Shown here in pieces: positions 9,411 through 18,261 of a stretch of DNA of 64,000 bases. Each line of letters starts with the position of its first letter. Within the stretch, counting starts at the first letter, position 1. The stretch is taken from contig DATKWK010000017.1 of assembly GCA_035529595.1 (NCBI GenBank), forward strand, positions 29,384 through 93,383. The letters run 5' to 3'. The notes beneath the pieces were generated by a model, which saw only the letters and a program-made list of their open reading frames with translations, searched no databases and was not told where the DNA came from. This DNA comes from Candidatus Bathyarchaeia archaeon (lineage in GTDB: Bacteria > Patescibacteriota > Microgenomatia > PFEM01 > JAFGMK01). The translations under genes were made by a program, and so were the position numbers.

Positions 9411-11629
9411 TGGAATACTCCTTGTTGCAAATCATCAACTACCTGCTTTAAGCCTTCATCTCCAAACACTTTTAAGGCGTACTGTAAACCGCCGTATTGA
9501 GAAATTGGTGGCCTATTGAAGTCAGCAATATCAGCCTTGCTCCCTGCAAGATATTGATTCTTCAGCATTCTTAAAACTCTGGCCTGCTCTGGAGCAAAAT
9601 TCTTTTGAATAATCCAAGCATCGAAGGCCTTGCTGACTCTTTCTTCTTTAGTTGGGAATTTGTGCATTCCAAGGGAAGATTTGATGAAATCTAATAAGTT
9701 GGCAGTTGGTTGGCCATAGGCATCTCTTAAATTGGCTTCATTGAAAAAGTATTCTGGGTGATTTAAAAGTTGGGCTAATTCTTGAAGTTCTTCATCTGTT
9801 ATCTCCTTGCCTTGTTTAACCTTGGCCACAATCTCATTTGAATCAACAAGAGTGCTCACTTCTTCAGCAAACTTATCTTTATACTCTCGAGCATCAACTT
9901 TTTCTCCTTCTGGCCCAAACTCAATAAATTTACGCTCCATCCATTCATCTGGAGCCTGTCCTTTGGGTACAGTTACAAACTCTCTTTTGGGCATCTTCAG
10001 TTCTTCTTCTTGTAGTAAATCTTCTTCCACTTTCTCCTCTTTTAGCTCCCTGGTAGCTGATTCCTTTTGTTCAAATGGGTCATAACCTTCATCGTTAAAA
10101 TATTTAGCATTACCAACGAAGTCATAAATCATAAAAGAAGTTTTACCGATTTCTGGGCAGAGTCGTGAACCCCTACCTCGCATTTGTTGGTAAAAAATTG
10201 GTGAGAGGGTTGGCCGACACATCATCAAATTTTCAATAGCTGGGTAGTCGAAACCTGTGTCTAACATGGCCACCGAAACCGCAATCACGGGCAAAGGTTC
10301 CTTTTTAAAACGTTTAATAGCTCTTTGTGGGTCGAAGGTGTCGGTGGTTATCATCTCAGCATACTTTCCCTTATATTCTGGATAAGCCTGGTTGAAGAAT
10401 CTGGTTAGTTGAGCGGCGTGTTTCTTGGTGACAGCAAATACAATTGTTTTCCTGGGATGGTCGCTTCCTTTCTTTTCTTCTTGCTCTTTGAATTCTTGGA
10501 CAAAGAGCATATTTCTGTCTTCAACTGTAATTACTCTTTCTAAATCTTGCGGCTGATAATCTTCGCCTTGCCATTTAATTCCTTCTAGAGAAATCTTCGA
10601 ACGGGCATGATAAACCTTGTAGCCAGCTAAATAGCCATCATTTATCGCTTGTCTAATGCCGTAAATAAAAGTGGGCTTACCTCGTCTGGTTGATGGGTTC
10701 CAACAGTCAAAAAATTTATAAGTGTTGCGGTCAATAAAATTGGCTGGAGTAGCGGTTAAACCAACATGAATAGCATCAAAATGAAGAAGAAGCGGACGAT
10801 ACATGCTGTAAATTGAACGATGACACTCATCAGTCACTACTAAATCAAAATAGCCACTAGTAAAAGAGTCAACTTGTGATTGAATCGTTGGTAAAGTACC
10901 AATCACTATCTGGCCTTCTTTGCTTCTTTTACCGCCGTATAAAACAATTGAGGGGTATTCAGAAAGATAATCATCAAAAGTTTCCTTGGCTTGGTTGGCA
11001 AGCTCGATTCGGTCGACTAGAAATAAAACTCGCTCAACAAGACCTGCCTGAAATAATCGCTTCATTTGCATGGCAATCACTAGCGTTTTCCCTGTCCCTG
11101 TAGCCATTTCTATTAACATCCGTCGTTTATTTTCTTCTATTCCTTTATCCATTGTTCTTAATGAATCTTTTTGGTAAGGCCTGACAGTGATTTCTTTGCC
11201 TCTAAAAAAGAATTTATCGGGAATGGGAATAGCGGAAAGCGGCTTGCGATATTTTCTTAAAGTGGAAATTCTTTCTAAATCATATCTGGAAAAAAAGGAG
11301 TCAACCAGACGAGCATCTGCCTGAGCGTAATCCCAAAAATAGGTGTCTTCGCCATTAGAAAGGAAAATAAAAGGAGCTTGAAGTTCCTTAGCATAATTCT
11401 CTGCCTGTTCTTTGGCAGAATACGGGTCCTTGTTGAATCTTTTTGTTTCTACGACCGCTAACGACCTTCCTCGAGCGTCCAAAAGAAGATAATCGGCCCT
11501 ACCGTCTTTAGTAGCTTCTTCGGTAGTAACCTGAGTTTTATCTTCAATATCCCAGCCTGCCTCTTTAAGCAAGCGGTCAACAATGATTCTGGAATCCGTC
11601 TCTTTCGAGGCAGATTTAGCATTAGCCAT
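9407..11629 (-). CDS. hsdR: Type I restriction enzyme R subunit HsdR (N-terminal PD-(D/E)xK nuclease plus SF2 helicase/translocase)
   Basis: The N-terminus ADYLLLDARGRSLAVVETKR is a PD-D/ExK-like segment. Helicase motif I is MATGTGKT and motif II is VVTDECHRS. 740 aa, which is on the short side for HsdR. Confidence 0.85.
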   Translation of the reverse strand: MANAKSASKETDSRIIVDRLLKEAGWDIEDKTQVTTEEATKDGRADYLLLDARGRSLAVVETKRFNKDPYSAKEQAENYAKELQAPFIFLSNGEDTYFWDYAQADARLVDSFFSRYDLERISTLRKYRKPLSAIPIPDKFFFRGKEITVRPYQKDSLRTMDKGIEENKRRMLIEMATGTGKTLVIAMQMKRLFQAGLVERVLFLVDRIELANQAKETFDDYLSEYPSIVLYGGKRSKEGQIVIGTLPTIQSQVDSFTSGYFDLVVTDECHRSIYSMYRPLLLHFDAIHVGLTATPANFIDRNTYKFFDCWNPSTRRGKPTFIYGIRQAINDGYLAGYKVYHARSKISLEGIKWQGEDYQPQDLERVITVEDRNMLFVQEFKEQEEKKGSDHPRKTIVFAVTKKHAAQLTRFFNQAYPEYKGKYAEMITTDTFDPQRAIKRFKKEPLPVIAVSVAMLDTGFDYPAIENLMMCRPTLSPIFYQQMRGRGSRLCPEIGKTSFMIYDFVGNAKYFNDEGYDPFEQKESATRELKEEKVEEDLLQEEELKMPKREFVTVPKGQAPDEWMERKFIEFGPEGEKVDAREYKDKFAEEVSTLVDSNEIVAKVKQGKEITDEELQELAQLLNHPEYFFNEANLRDAYGQPTANLLDFIKSSLGMHKFPTKEERVSKAFDAWIIQKNFAPEQARVLRMLKNQYLAGSKADIADFNRPPISQYGGLQYALKVFGDEGLKQVVDDLQQGVFQ

Positions 11630-11643
11630 TCTTTTATTTCTTT

Positions 11644-11838
11644 TTATTTCTTTTGTCTTTCAATATAACTCTCGATGTCTTCGGGCCTGTATCTTCTATC
11701 ACCGACGCCACGCCTGGAGCCAATTCTGACAGCCTTTAAACGGTCTTCGTTATCCAATCGCCTTAGAGTTGCGGGACTAACATTTAAAATGTCAGCTGCT
11801 TGTTTTAAGGTCAACAATTTTCTAATTTTTTTGGTCAT
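11644..11838 (-). CDS. Small HTH DNA-binding protein (excisionase/AlpA-like family); possible regulator or recombination directionality factor
   Basis: 64 aa with LTLKQAADILNVSPATLRRL, typical of excisionase-family HTH. It sits 14 nt upstream of hsdR. Confidence 0.6.
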   Translation of the reverse strand: MTKKIRKLLTLKQAADILNVSPATLRRLDNEDRLKAVRIGSRRGVGDRRYRPEDIESYIERQKK

Positions 11839-11839
11839 A

Positions 11840-12570
11840 GCTAATTGAACTTAATTATATCTTATTACTTACTGTTTTAGAAGTTGAAGATTCCAAAAGT
11901 ATAATTATTATTGTACTTTCATTTTGTACAAAAATATTACTCACCCTGCCTTAAATTTTATCTCAAAATTGATGCATTATGAGGTGAATTTTTCTAGTTG
12001 ACAGCCTCAATTCATTTTCTTAAAATTTAGTTAATCTTGAGTCTTGGTATTTGCCAAGGAGTAACAAGAAATTGTGAAGTTCAACTCAAATTAGGGTTGG
12101 ACTTTTTTTGTTTAAGCAGAAGTCGTAGTGCACCATTGTGTGAGAGGCTAAAGAAGCCAAGGTCTAGTTGTAGGTGAAGTTTAACCCCACTTCACTCTAC
12201 CAACGGGGCCTCACGGGGAGTCGGCAACAAATACGACGTTAAATAAAGGTGTGAGGATGGTTGGCTGTTGACGTGTGACGAAGTCCAAAGTGTGCACGGG
12301 AATGACAACAGAAAAATGTGTCGGGATAAAGAGTTACGCACTATGCTCTCCCACCTTCTAGCTCAATGGAGACTAGTTTGGAGGCGATAGTTGGCTTAAA
12401 CGCTCTGAGAGAAAACAGGTTAAAGCGTTGAAAACATTCTTATTTTCTGTTTCTATGCTCTAAATTCCAAAGTGTGCAGTAAGGGCAACTCTCGGAAGGC
12501 AGTAAACGCTACCGAAATTCAGAAGTAATCTCCAAGTCAATTAATTTGGCACTTTTATGCTCAAATTACT
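11840..12570. ncRNA. Candidate structured non-coding region of unknown class (GC-richer than flanks, no ORF of 60 aa or more, internal hairpins and a repeated 13-nt motif)
   Basis: A ~730-bp gap in a gene-dense genome. Local hairpins include GTGAAGT...ACTTCAC around 12175..12200 and GGGG/CCCC pairs. The motif TCCAAAGTGTGCA occurs twice (~12285 and ~12468). The strand is undetermined. Confidence 0.25.
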
Positions 12571-12792
12571 TTATCTATGAAACAAGTCTTCTACTTTAAC
12601 CTTAAATTTCCTAGATATTCTCATTAAGAGCTTTAAAGATGGGCTCTCTCGACCTTGTTCTATGAAGCCCATATAAACTCTGGAAATACCTAGCTGGTGA
12701 GCTAGTTCTTCTTGGGTTAAATTATTTTGCTTCCTTAACTTTTGCACCTTTTTCCCTAAGGTTCTTAGTGTTTCTTTACTTGTTTTAGGCAT
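12571..12792 (-). CDS. XRE-family helix-turn-helix transcriptional regulator (controller/C-protein-like)
   Basis: 73 aa with LRKQNNLTQEELAHQLGISRVYMGFIEQGRESPSLKLL, a classic XRE HTH. Confidence 0.7.
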   Translation of the reverse strand: MPKTSKETLRTLGKKVQKLRKQNNLTQEELAHQLGISRVYMGFIEQGRESPSLKLLMRISRKFKVKVEDLFHR

Positions 12793-12929
12793 ACATCCAT
12801 ATTGTTGTATGCCGTCGTTTTAAACTCCACTAAGTATAACTAAGCATTTGGCCTTGAAAAAGGCTTGATTTCTTCTCTTAGATATAGTATGATTTCCTAG
12901 AAGATTTAAAATAAAAGAGATAAAACGAA

Positions 12930-13577
12930 ATGAAAAAAATATTTGTAGTTTGCTTCTCTATAATCCTATTAATATTTGCCTCGCAACATTTCACTAAACC
13001 TGCCGAAGCCTTTTCGTTTAGATACTCACGAAACATATTTTTCCCCTATCGACAAGAAGTCCTTAAAATGATTAATAAGGCGATTGAGCCCATACAGGCT
13101 CTAATTGATAGTCTTACCAGTAGGACAGATGATTTAGAAGATAAAGTGGCAGATTTAGAAGAAAGGCTAAAAGGACTGGAAGAAATTGCCCACTGCCCAC
13201 CAGGGATGGTTCCTGAAATCCGTTTTGAGGGTGATTTAGGTCCTCTTAAATGCAGGCTCGTTGATAATCCTCAACCCACGATTGAACCACAACCAACTTC
13301 TAGTCCAGAAGCCTTTCAAGTAAGCTGTGGCGTTCCAGAAGGTTCTAGTAGCTCGAGCGAGTTTACCATTTCTGCCAACAAACCACTCAAATCCTGTCTG
13401 TACACTACCAGTCCGATAGATAACTCTGAGCCAGAAACATCAGTTAGCATAACTCCAAACGATAATATTTGTTCTTTCACAGAAAATAACTGCGACAGAC
13501 AAATATGGGTAGGAATGGAATCATTTGATAACGAAAACCAAGAATGTCTCTACGAAGCGGTTGCATGTAACCCCTAA
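12930..13577 (+). CDS. Secreted hypothetical protein (signal peptide, coiled coil, Cys-rich C-terminal domain)
   Basis: N-terminus MKKIFVVCFSIILLIFASQHFTKPAEA looks like a signal peptide. The heptad-like DDLEDKVADLEERLKGLEE and eight Cys follow. A purine-rich stretch lies upstream of the ATG. Confidence 0.5.
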   Translation: MKKIFVVCFSIILLIFASQHFTKPAEAFSFRYSRNIFFPYRQEVLKMINKAIEPIQALIDSLTSRTDDLEDKVADLEERLKGLEEIAHCPPGMVPEIRFEGDLGPLKCRLVDNPQPTIEPQPTSSPEAFQVSCGVPEGSSSSSEFTISANKPLKSCLYTTSPIDNSEPETSVSITPNDNICSFTENNCDRQIWVGMESFDNENQECLYEAVACNP

Positions 13578-13695
13578 AGAAGAAATAAGTTTCATTTTCC
13601 TTAAAAAAATTATTATCCAAGCTATTAATCTTGAAAATGAAGACTAATAAATATAGAGGTCTGATTAGTGAATTTGCCTGCTAAATAGGAATATT

Positions 13696-13902
13696 TTAAG
13701 AGCTAACGCTTAACAGCTGGTCCAGAACATTGCTCTCCATTTCCTTGAAATTTGGCCTTTTAAGTCTGAGCCACCTCTTTTTACTACCTGGGACAACATA
13801 ATAATCGAGCTCGCTTCGCTTTAAATAACGCCAGATAGTGGTCCGACTTACCCCTTTCTTTTTGGCGTATTCTGATATACCGACAAGTCTAATTTTTGCC
13901 AT
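13696..13902 (-). CDS. Small HTH DNA-binding protein (excisionase-like)
   Basis: 68 aa with YAKKKGVSRTTIWRYLKRSEL, a typical Xis/AlpA-like HTH. Confidence 0.55.
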   Translation of the reverse strand: MAKIRLVGISEYAKKKGVSRTTIWRYLKRSELDYYVVPGSKKRWLRLKRPNFKEMESNVLDQLLSVSS

Positions 13903-14274
13903 AATTTGAAGTTCGATTGATGTTAATTAAACTTATTGTTATTTTACCAGCTAAATACGGAAAATAGCCATTATAAACAGGGTAAGTTTCGAGACAGTTA
14001 GGGCCTATGAGAACTAGCGAACTTTTGTTTGATTGTCTTATTTCTGTAACTTCGGTACCCCCCAGGGCTATTTATTTCAACCCTCTTTGAAGTAGTTTTG
14101 GCACGGTTAAAACACACTATTTGCAAGCCAAAACTTCTTTCTTTTCTAAGTCGATAGAGAAAACTAACTCAACTGGTATCGAAATTGGCATAGTCTGACA
14201 TCTTGACTATTCAGCCTGTTTGTATGAAAATATGTAATTAGGGGTAATTAAATACAATATAAAAGGCTGTCATT

Positions 14275-14649
14275 ATGCTCAATTCAATCTTCAAAGTTTC
14301 TTTAAAAAGTTCCCTTATCACTTTTTTTATAATCCTCACTCCTTTTTTTATTCCCCTCTACTCTTTATTAGTTGTTATCTTTGTTGTCGTTAAACTCATC
14401 AGAATAGCAAACCATCAACTCATTGAAGAACCACGTCGAATAGCAGAGGTCTTGTGTCCAACTGAAGAAATTAATCCCGCCAAAAGACCTCAAAGGACAC
14501 CCGACAAACTCACCTTTTATAAAGACTGTCTGATTGAATCTTTCGTTAAGGAAAAGGCTTACCGAATTTTAACTCCTCAAAGTGCTGATTTAGGCATAAG
14601 TTTTAAAAATTTAAACGAAGCAAAAAGGGAAATAAGTCTTGTTAGATAG
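14275..14649 (+). CDS. Hypothetical small membrane protein
   Basis: 124-aa ORF with the N-terminal hydrophobic stretch LITFFIILTPFFIPLYSLLVVIFVVV. It lies in an AT-rich region. Confidence is low. Confidence 0.3.
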   Translation: MLNSIFKVSLKSSLITFFIILTPFFIPLYSLLVVIFVVVKLIRIANHQLIEEPRRIAEVLCPTEEINPAKRPQRTPDKLTFYKDCLIESFVKEKAYRILTPQSADLGISFKNLNEAKREISLVR

Positions 14650-14983
14650 GGCAAAATTACTATTGCACTTGAGGCTAAAATGTGTTATAAAACATTTAAT
14701 AAGACCTTCGGGTCGACAGAAATAAAAAGAAACAGAAATAAGAGGATAAAGCCATTCGGCGAGGCCTCTTTTTTTATTGGGAGAAAACTAATGAAAGACA
14801 TTGAAGCAAAGCTAAACCAGGCAGCCACCTTATTAGCAGAAGTGATGCTAAGCCAGTTGGGCTTTAATTTCATTCCAAAAGTTAGGATTGAACTTAGTTA
14901 TATTTTCCAGATAAAAATAATCTTGACTGGAAGCCCTTATGAAATTCCGTTTAATTACTACGAGAAACTTAGTTTTACCAGAA

Positions 14984-14989
14984 AGGAGG
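14984..14989 (+). promoter_or_regulatory. Shine-Dalgarno site (AGGAGG) for the serine recombinase gene
   Basis: A perfect AGGAGG sits 6 nt upstream of the ATG at 14996. This supports 14996 as the true start rather than the upstream ATG at 14939. Confidence 0.6.
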
Positions 14990-14995
14990 GATTTA

Positions 14996-16531
14996 ATGAA
15001 CCCATCTACACAGCCTATGCCATCTAAAAAATGCTTGATTTATACTCGTGTCTCGACCGATGAGCAAGTGCGGGAGGGCATGTCTCTTGACGTTCAAAAA
15101 AGAGTTTGTTCTAAATGGGCCAAAGATAATGGCTATCAGATAGTCGGTATTTATACAGACGAGGGCAAGAGTGCCACAACGACCAAGGGCAGACATGGCC
15201 TTGAAGATTTAATTATTCACTGCCAAAAAGAGCACATTGACATCGTACTTGTGCTGGACACGGACCGATTGGCCAGAAACCCATTTAGCCATTATTCAAT
15301 CAAGGAAGAACTAAGAAAGGTTCATACCGAAATTATATCTGTCAGCCAACCAATGATTGATAATTCTCCTGAAGGCAATCTGGTTGATGGCATTATGGCT
15401 AATGTCAACGCTTTCCAGAGCCAATTAACAGGCCGAAAGGTAAGAAAGAGTCTTGAGAAGAAGTGCCAGGACGGCTGGTGGCCAGGATGGGCAAAGTTAG
15501 GCTATTTGAATCACAATAAGGGAACAGCGGACAATCCAGAAAAAATAATCATTGTTGACCCAGAAAGAAGCCCGTTAATTACTTTATTTTTCAAACTTTA
15601 TTCGACAGGCAACTTCTCTATCGACAGTTTAGTTGATTTGATGTACGAAAAGGGCCTGAGGTCCAAAAATGGCAAGAAAGTATCCAGAAGCATTCTTTAT
15701 AATGTCCTCCATGACCCGTTTTATTTTGGCAAGATTGAATTCAAAAGTAGAACCTACCAAGGAAAACATCCTCACCTAACCACTTCTGCCATTTTTAAAA
15801 CTTGTCAAAGAATTTCTAGCCTGCATAATCAAAACGCCTGCCGAAGACGGAAATATCGCTGGTTGCTTAACGGCTTTGCTTATTGCTCGGTTTGCAGGAA
15901 AAGGATTTATGCTGAATGGCACAAGCCAAAGGTCAAGGCTTATTATCATTGTTCCAAGCGAAACGGTGATTGTCGGCAGCCCTATATTGAAATGAATCAT
16001 TTGGAGAAAAAGATAGAATTAGAGTTTAAGAAATTACAACTTTCTCAAGAATTCAGCCAAAGAATCGTTGACAAAGCCAAAGAATTAGTCAAAAAGTCAA
16101 GAGAAAATATTGAAGAAGATAAGCAGGCCCTAAGAAACGCCATCAACCAGCTTGAGATTAAAAGAAATCGGCTTGAAGACGAGCTACTTGACCGCACTAT
16201 CAGCAAAGAGGCCTTTAAACGCAAGCACACTGAGTTAGAAGGCCAGATTAAGAGCTTACAGGAACAAATCCATGATATTGAAACCAACCAGCGAATTGAT
16301 ATTGACGTTATTTCTCGGGTAATGGATATGGCCTCTAATATCTACGAGACCTACAAGAAGTCTAATTTCGATGCTAAGAGAATTTACTTGGGAATCTTCT
16401 TTGAAAAGTTTGAAATCAAAAATAAAAAGGTAGCGAAAGCAATTCCAACGCCACTCTTTGCAAGCCTAATTGAGCACGGCTATTGTAGAGTAACGCCTAA
16501 CTGGCTCCCCGGACTGGACTCGAACCAGTAA
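14996..16531 (+). CDS. Large serine recombinase/integrase (resolvase catalytic domain, recombinase domain and zinc-ribbon domain)
   Basis: N-terminal LIYTRVSTDEQ (catalytic Ser motif), a C-terminal Cys cluster (CSVCRKRIYAEWHK...YYHCSKRNGDC) and a long coiled coil. The last 30 nt overlap the tRNA-Asn 3' end. Confidence 0.85.
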   Translation: MNPSTQPMPSKKCLIYTRVSTDEQVREGMSLDVQKRVCSKWAKDNGYQIVGIYTDEGKSATTTKGRHGLEDLIIHCQKEHIDIVLVLDTDRLARNPFSHYSIKEELRKVHTEIISVSQPMIDNSPEGNLVDGIMANVNAFQSQLTGRKVRKSLEKKCQDGWWPGWAKLGYLNHNKGTADNPEKIIIVDPERSPLITLFFKLYSTGNFSIDSLVDLMYEKGLRSKNGKKVSRSILYNVLHDPFYFGKIEFKSRTYQGKHPHLTTSAIFKTCQRISSLHNQNACRRRKYRWLLNGFAYCSVCRKRIYAEWHKPKVKAYYHCSKRNGDCRQPYIEMNHLEKKIELEFKKLQLSQEFSQRIVDKAKELVKKSRENIEEDKQALRNAINQLEIKRNRLEDELLDRTISKEAFKRKHTELEGQIKSLQEQIHDIETNQRIDIDVISRVMDMASNIYETYKKSNFDAKRIYLGIFFEKFEIKNKKVAKAIPTPLFASLIEHGYCRVTPNWLPGLDSNQ

Positions 16532-16577
16532 CCCTTCGCTTAACAGGCGAATGCTCTGCCAATTGAGCTACCGGGGA
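16502..16577 (-). tRNA. tRNA-Asn (anticodon GTT)
   Basis: Cloverleaf read by hand: acceptor TCCCCGG/CCGGGGA, D-stem GCTC/GAGC, anticodon stem TTCGC/GCGAA with loop CTGTTAA, and T-arm ACTGG-TTCGAGT-CCAGT. CCA is encoded. The 3' end overlaps the recombinase ORF. Confidence 0.8.
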
Positions 16578-16626
16578 ATATTAATGTACTGCACAATTTT
16601 ACCAAACTTGGGAAGTTATTCCAAAT

Positions 16627-17101
16627 TCAAGAAATAGCTATCCTTGCCAAAACTGTTTCGATTTGGCGATAGAGATCTTCGGGAGCAGAATTATTAATCA
16701 ACTGAAAATCAGCGGCCTTAAGACAAACAGTAATATTCCTGCCCTCACTGTATTTATCCCGCTCTTCATTTTTTAAAAAAGCCGGCCAGGTCGTTGGGTC
16801 TCCTGCCCGGTCGCGGGCTATCATTCGCTGAAAACGAAGTCGGGGCTTGGCTGAAACACTCACCAGCCAAAAACCGGGTTGCTCTTTTAAAAATTCGACT
16901 TCCTCAATTCCCCGGATACTATCAATCACCGCTTTTTTTCTTTTGGCAGAGACTATCTTTTGCCAAACTCTCTGGGCCAACACCGTTGGTCCGAGCCGCT
17001 GGCGCAGATCACCGGCCACCCGCTGAAGCGAATCACGGGTAATCGGTTCCTTTGCCGGCGCAAGGCAAACCAACAAAGCCAAGAATTGTTCTGATAGTCA
17101 T
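16627..17101 (-). pseudogene. P-loop NMP-kinase-like gene with an apparent frameshift (possible pseudogene or sequence error)
   Basis: Minus-strand ATG at 17101 encodes MTIRTILGFVGLPCAGKGTDYP* (Walker A GxxxxGKGT) and then hits a stop. The 151-aa ORF 16627..17082 continues in another frame as ...ITRDSLQRVAGDLRQRLG... and starts only with a TTG. Confidence 0.45.
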
Positions 17102-17103
17102 GA

Positions 17104-18261
17104 TTATTCCAAATAGTCTTGCAGCTTCTTTCTCCTCGAGGGGTGCTTCAACTTCCGCAGGGCTTTAGCCTCAATCTGCCGGATCCGTTCACGAGTCACG
17201 CCAAACTCCCGACCAACCTCCTCTAAAGTCATCGGCCGGGAACCATTGAGGCCAAAACGCATCTTTAAAACCTTTGCCTCACGATCCGATAAAGTCTTTA
17301 AAACCTCGTTAACGTTTTCTTTTAAAAGTTGTTTTGAGGCCGAATCATAGGGAGACGGCTGAGAAGTATCCTGAATAAAATCTCCCAAGAGCGAGTCCTG
17401 GTCATCCCCAACCGGCTTTTCCAGCGAAGTCGTATTTTGGGCGATTTTAAAGATTTCCCTGACCCGGTCAGGATCCAATTCCAGTTCATCGCCGATTTCC
17501 TCAGGGCTCGGTTCCCGTCCCAGCTGTTGCATTAATTTCCGGGAAATCCGAATTACTTTATTAATTGTTTCCACCATGTGGACCGGAATCCGAATAGTTC
17601 TTGCCTGATCGGCTATTGCCCGCGTGATTGCCTGCCGGATCCACCAGGTAGCATAGGTAGAAAATTTATAACCTCGCCGCCAGTCGTATTTTTCCACCGC
17701 CCGCATCAACCCTTGATTCCCTTCTTGGATCAGATCCAAGAAGCCCATTCCCCTACCGACGTATTTTTTGGCAATCGAGACCACTAAACGTAAATTTGAT
17801 TGAACCAGTTTCTTTCGAGCCGCATCGGAACCTTTCTCGATCCGCTGGGCTAATTTCACTTCTTCTACGGCGGTCAAAAGAGAAATCCGGCCAATTTCCT
17901 TAAGATACATTCTTACCGGATCAGTGATTGTCTTGTCCTTCAAAGTCGCCAAAACCTCAAGCTCTTTCGTTAAGGCCGAAGCCGCCTTTTCGTCCTCAAC
18001 CATTTCCTCCTTTGTCACCGTTTCAAAAACATCCACTTCGGCTTTCAAAAGATGATCGTAGAGATTGTCAAGTTCCTCGATCCGATCTTCGGCATCGGGA
18101 AAAAGAACCAAAATTTCATCCTGGGTCACAAAACCCTGCTTTTTCCCCTTCTTTATAAGGGCGGTTACATTAACTTTCTTTTTGCGGCTGACTTTTGTTG
18201 GCATAATTGGATAATAAATCAGATAATAATCTTCTCCTACTCTTATTTTATCAAATCTCAC
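17104..18261 (-). CDS. rpoD: RNA polymerase sigma-70 factor RpoD
   Basis: Region 2 [18 protein letters not shown] and region 4 [26 protein letters not shown] are present. It lies in a dnaG-rpoD operon arrangement. Confidence 0.9.
   Translation of the reverse strand: MRFDKIRVGEDYYLIYYPIMPTKVSRKKKVNVTALIKKGKKQGFVTQDEILVLFPDAEDRIEELDNLYDHLLKAEVDVFETVTKEEMVEDEKAASALTKELEVLATLKDKTITDPVRMYLKEIGRISLLTAVEEVKLAQRIEKGSDAARKKLVQSNLRLVVSIAKKYVGRGMGFLDLIQEGNQGLMRAVEKYDWRRGYKFSTYATWWIRQAITRAIADQARTIRIPVHMVETINKVIRISRKLMQQLGREPSPEEIGDELELDPDRVREIFKIAQNTTSLEKPVGDDQDSLLGDFIQDTSQPSPYDSASKQLLKENVNEVLKTLSDREAKVLKMRFGLNGSRPMTLEEVGREFGVTRERIRQIEAKALRKLKHPSRRKKLQDYLE

Noticed and set aside
11840-12570. Possibility that the non-coding region is RNase P RNA
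   Set aside because: Segments loosely resembling the P4 strands (GAAGTCC... and ACAGAA...CGGG.TAA) are adjacent rather than separated by ~250 nt as in RNase P. No GGUGAAA / GUAAGAGCGCACC-type conserved block was found.
14680-15027. ORFs 14680..15027 (+) and 14685..14873 (-) upstream of the recombinase
   Set aside because: Overlapping, AT-rich and low-complexity, and they run into the recombinase leader containing its AGGAGG RBS. More likely promoter or leader sequence than coding.
16794-17042. 82-aa plus-strand ORF
   Set aside because: Antisense to the P-loop kinase-like gene. Its Gly/Pro/Arg-rich composition is typical of a GC-rich shadow frame.
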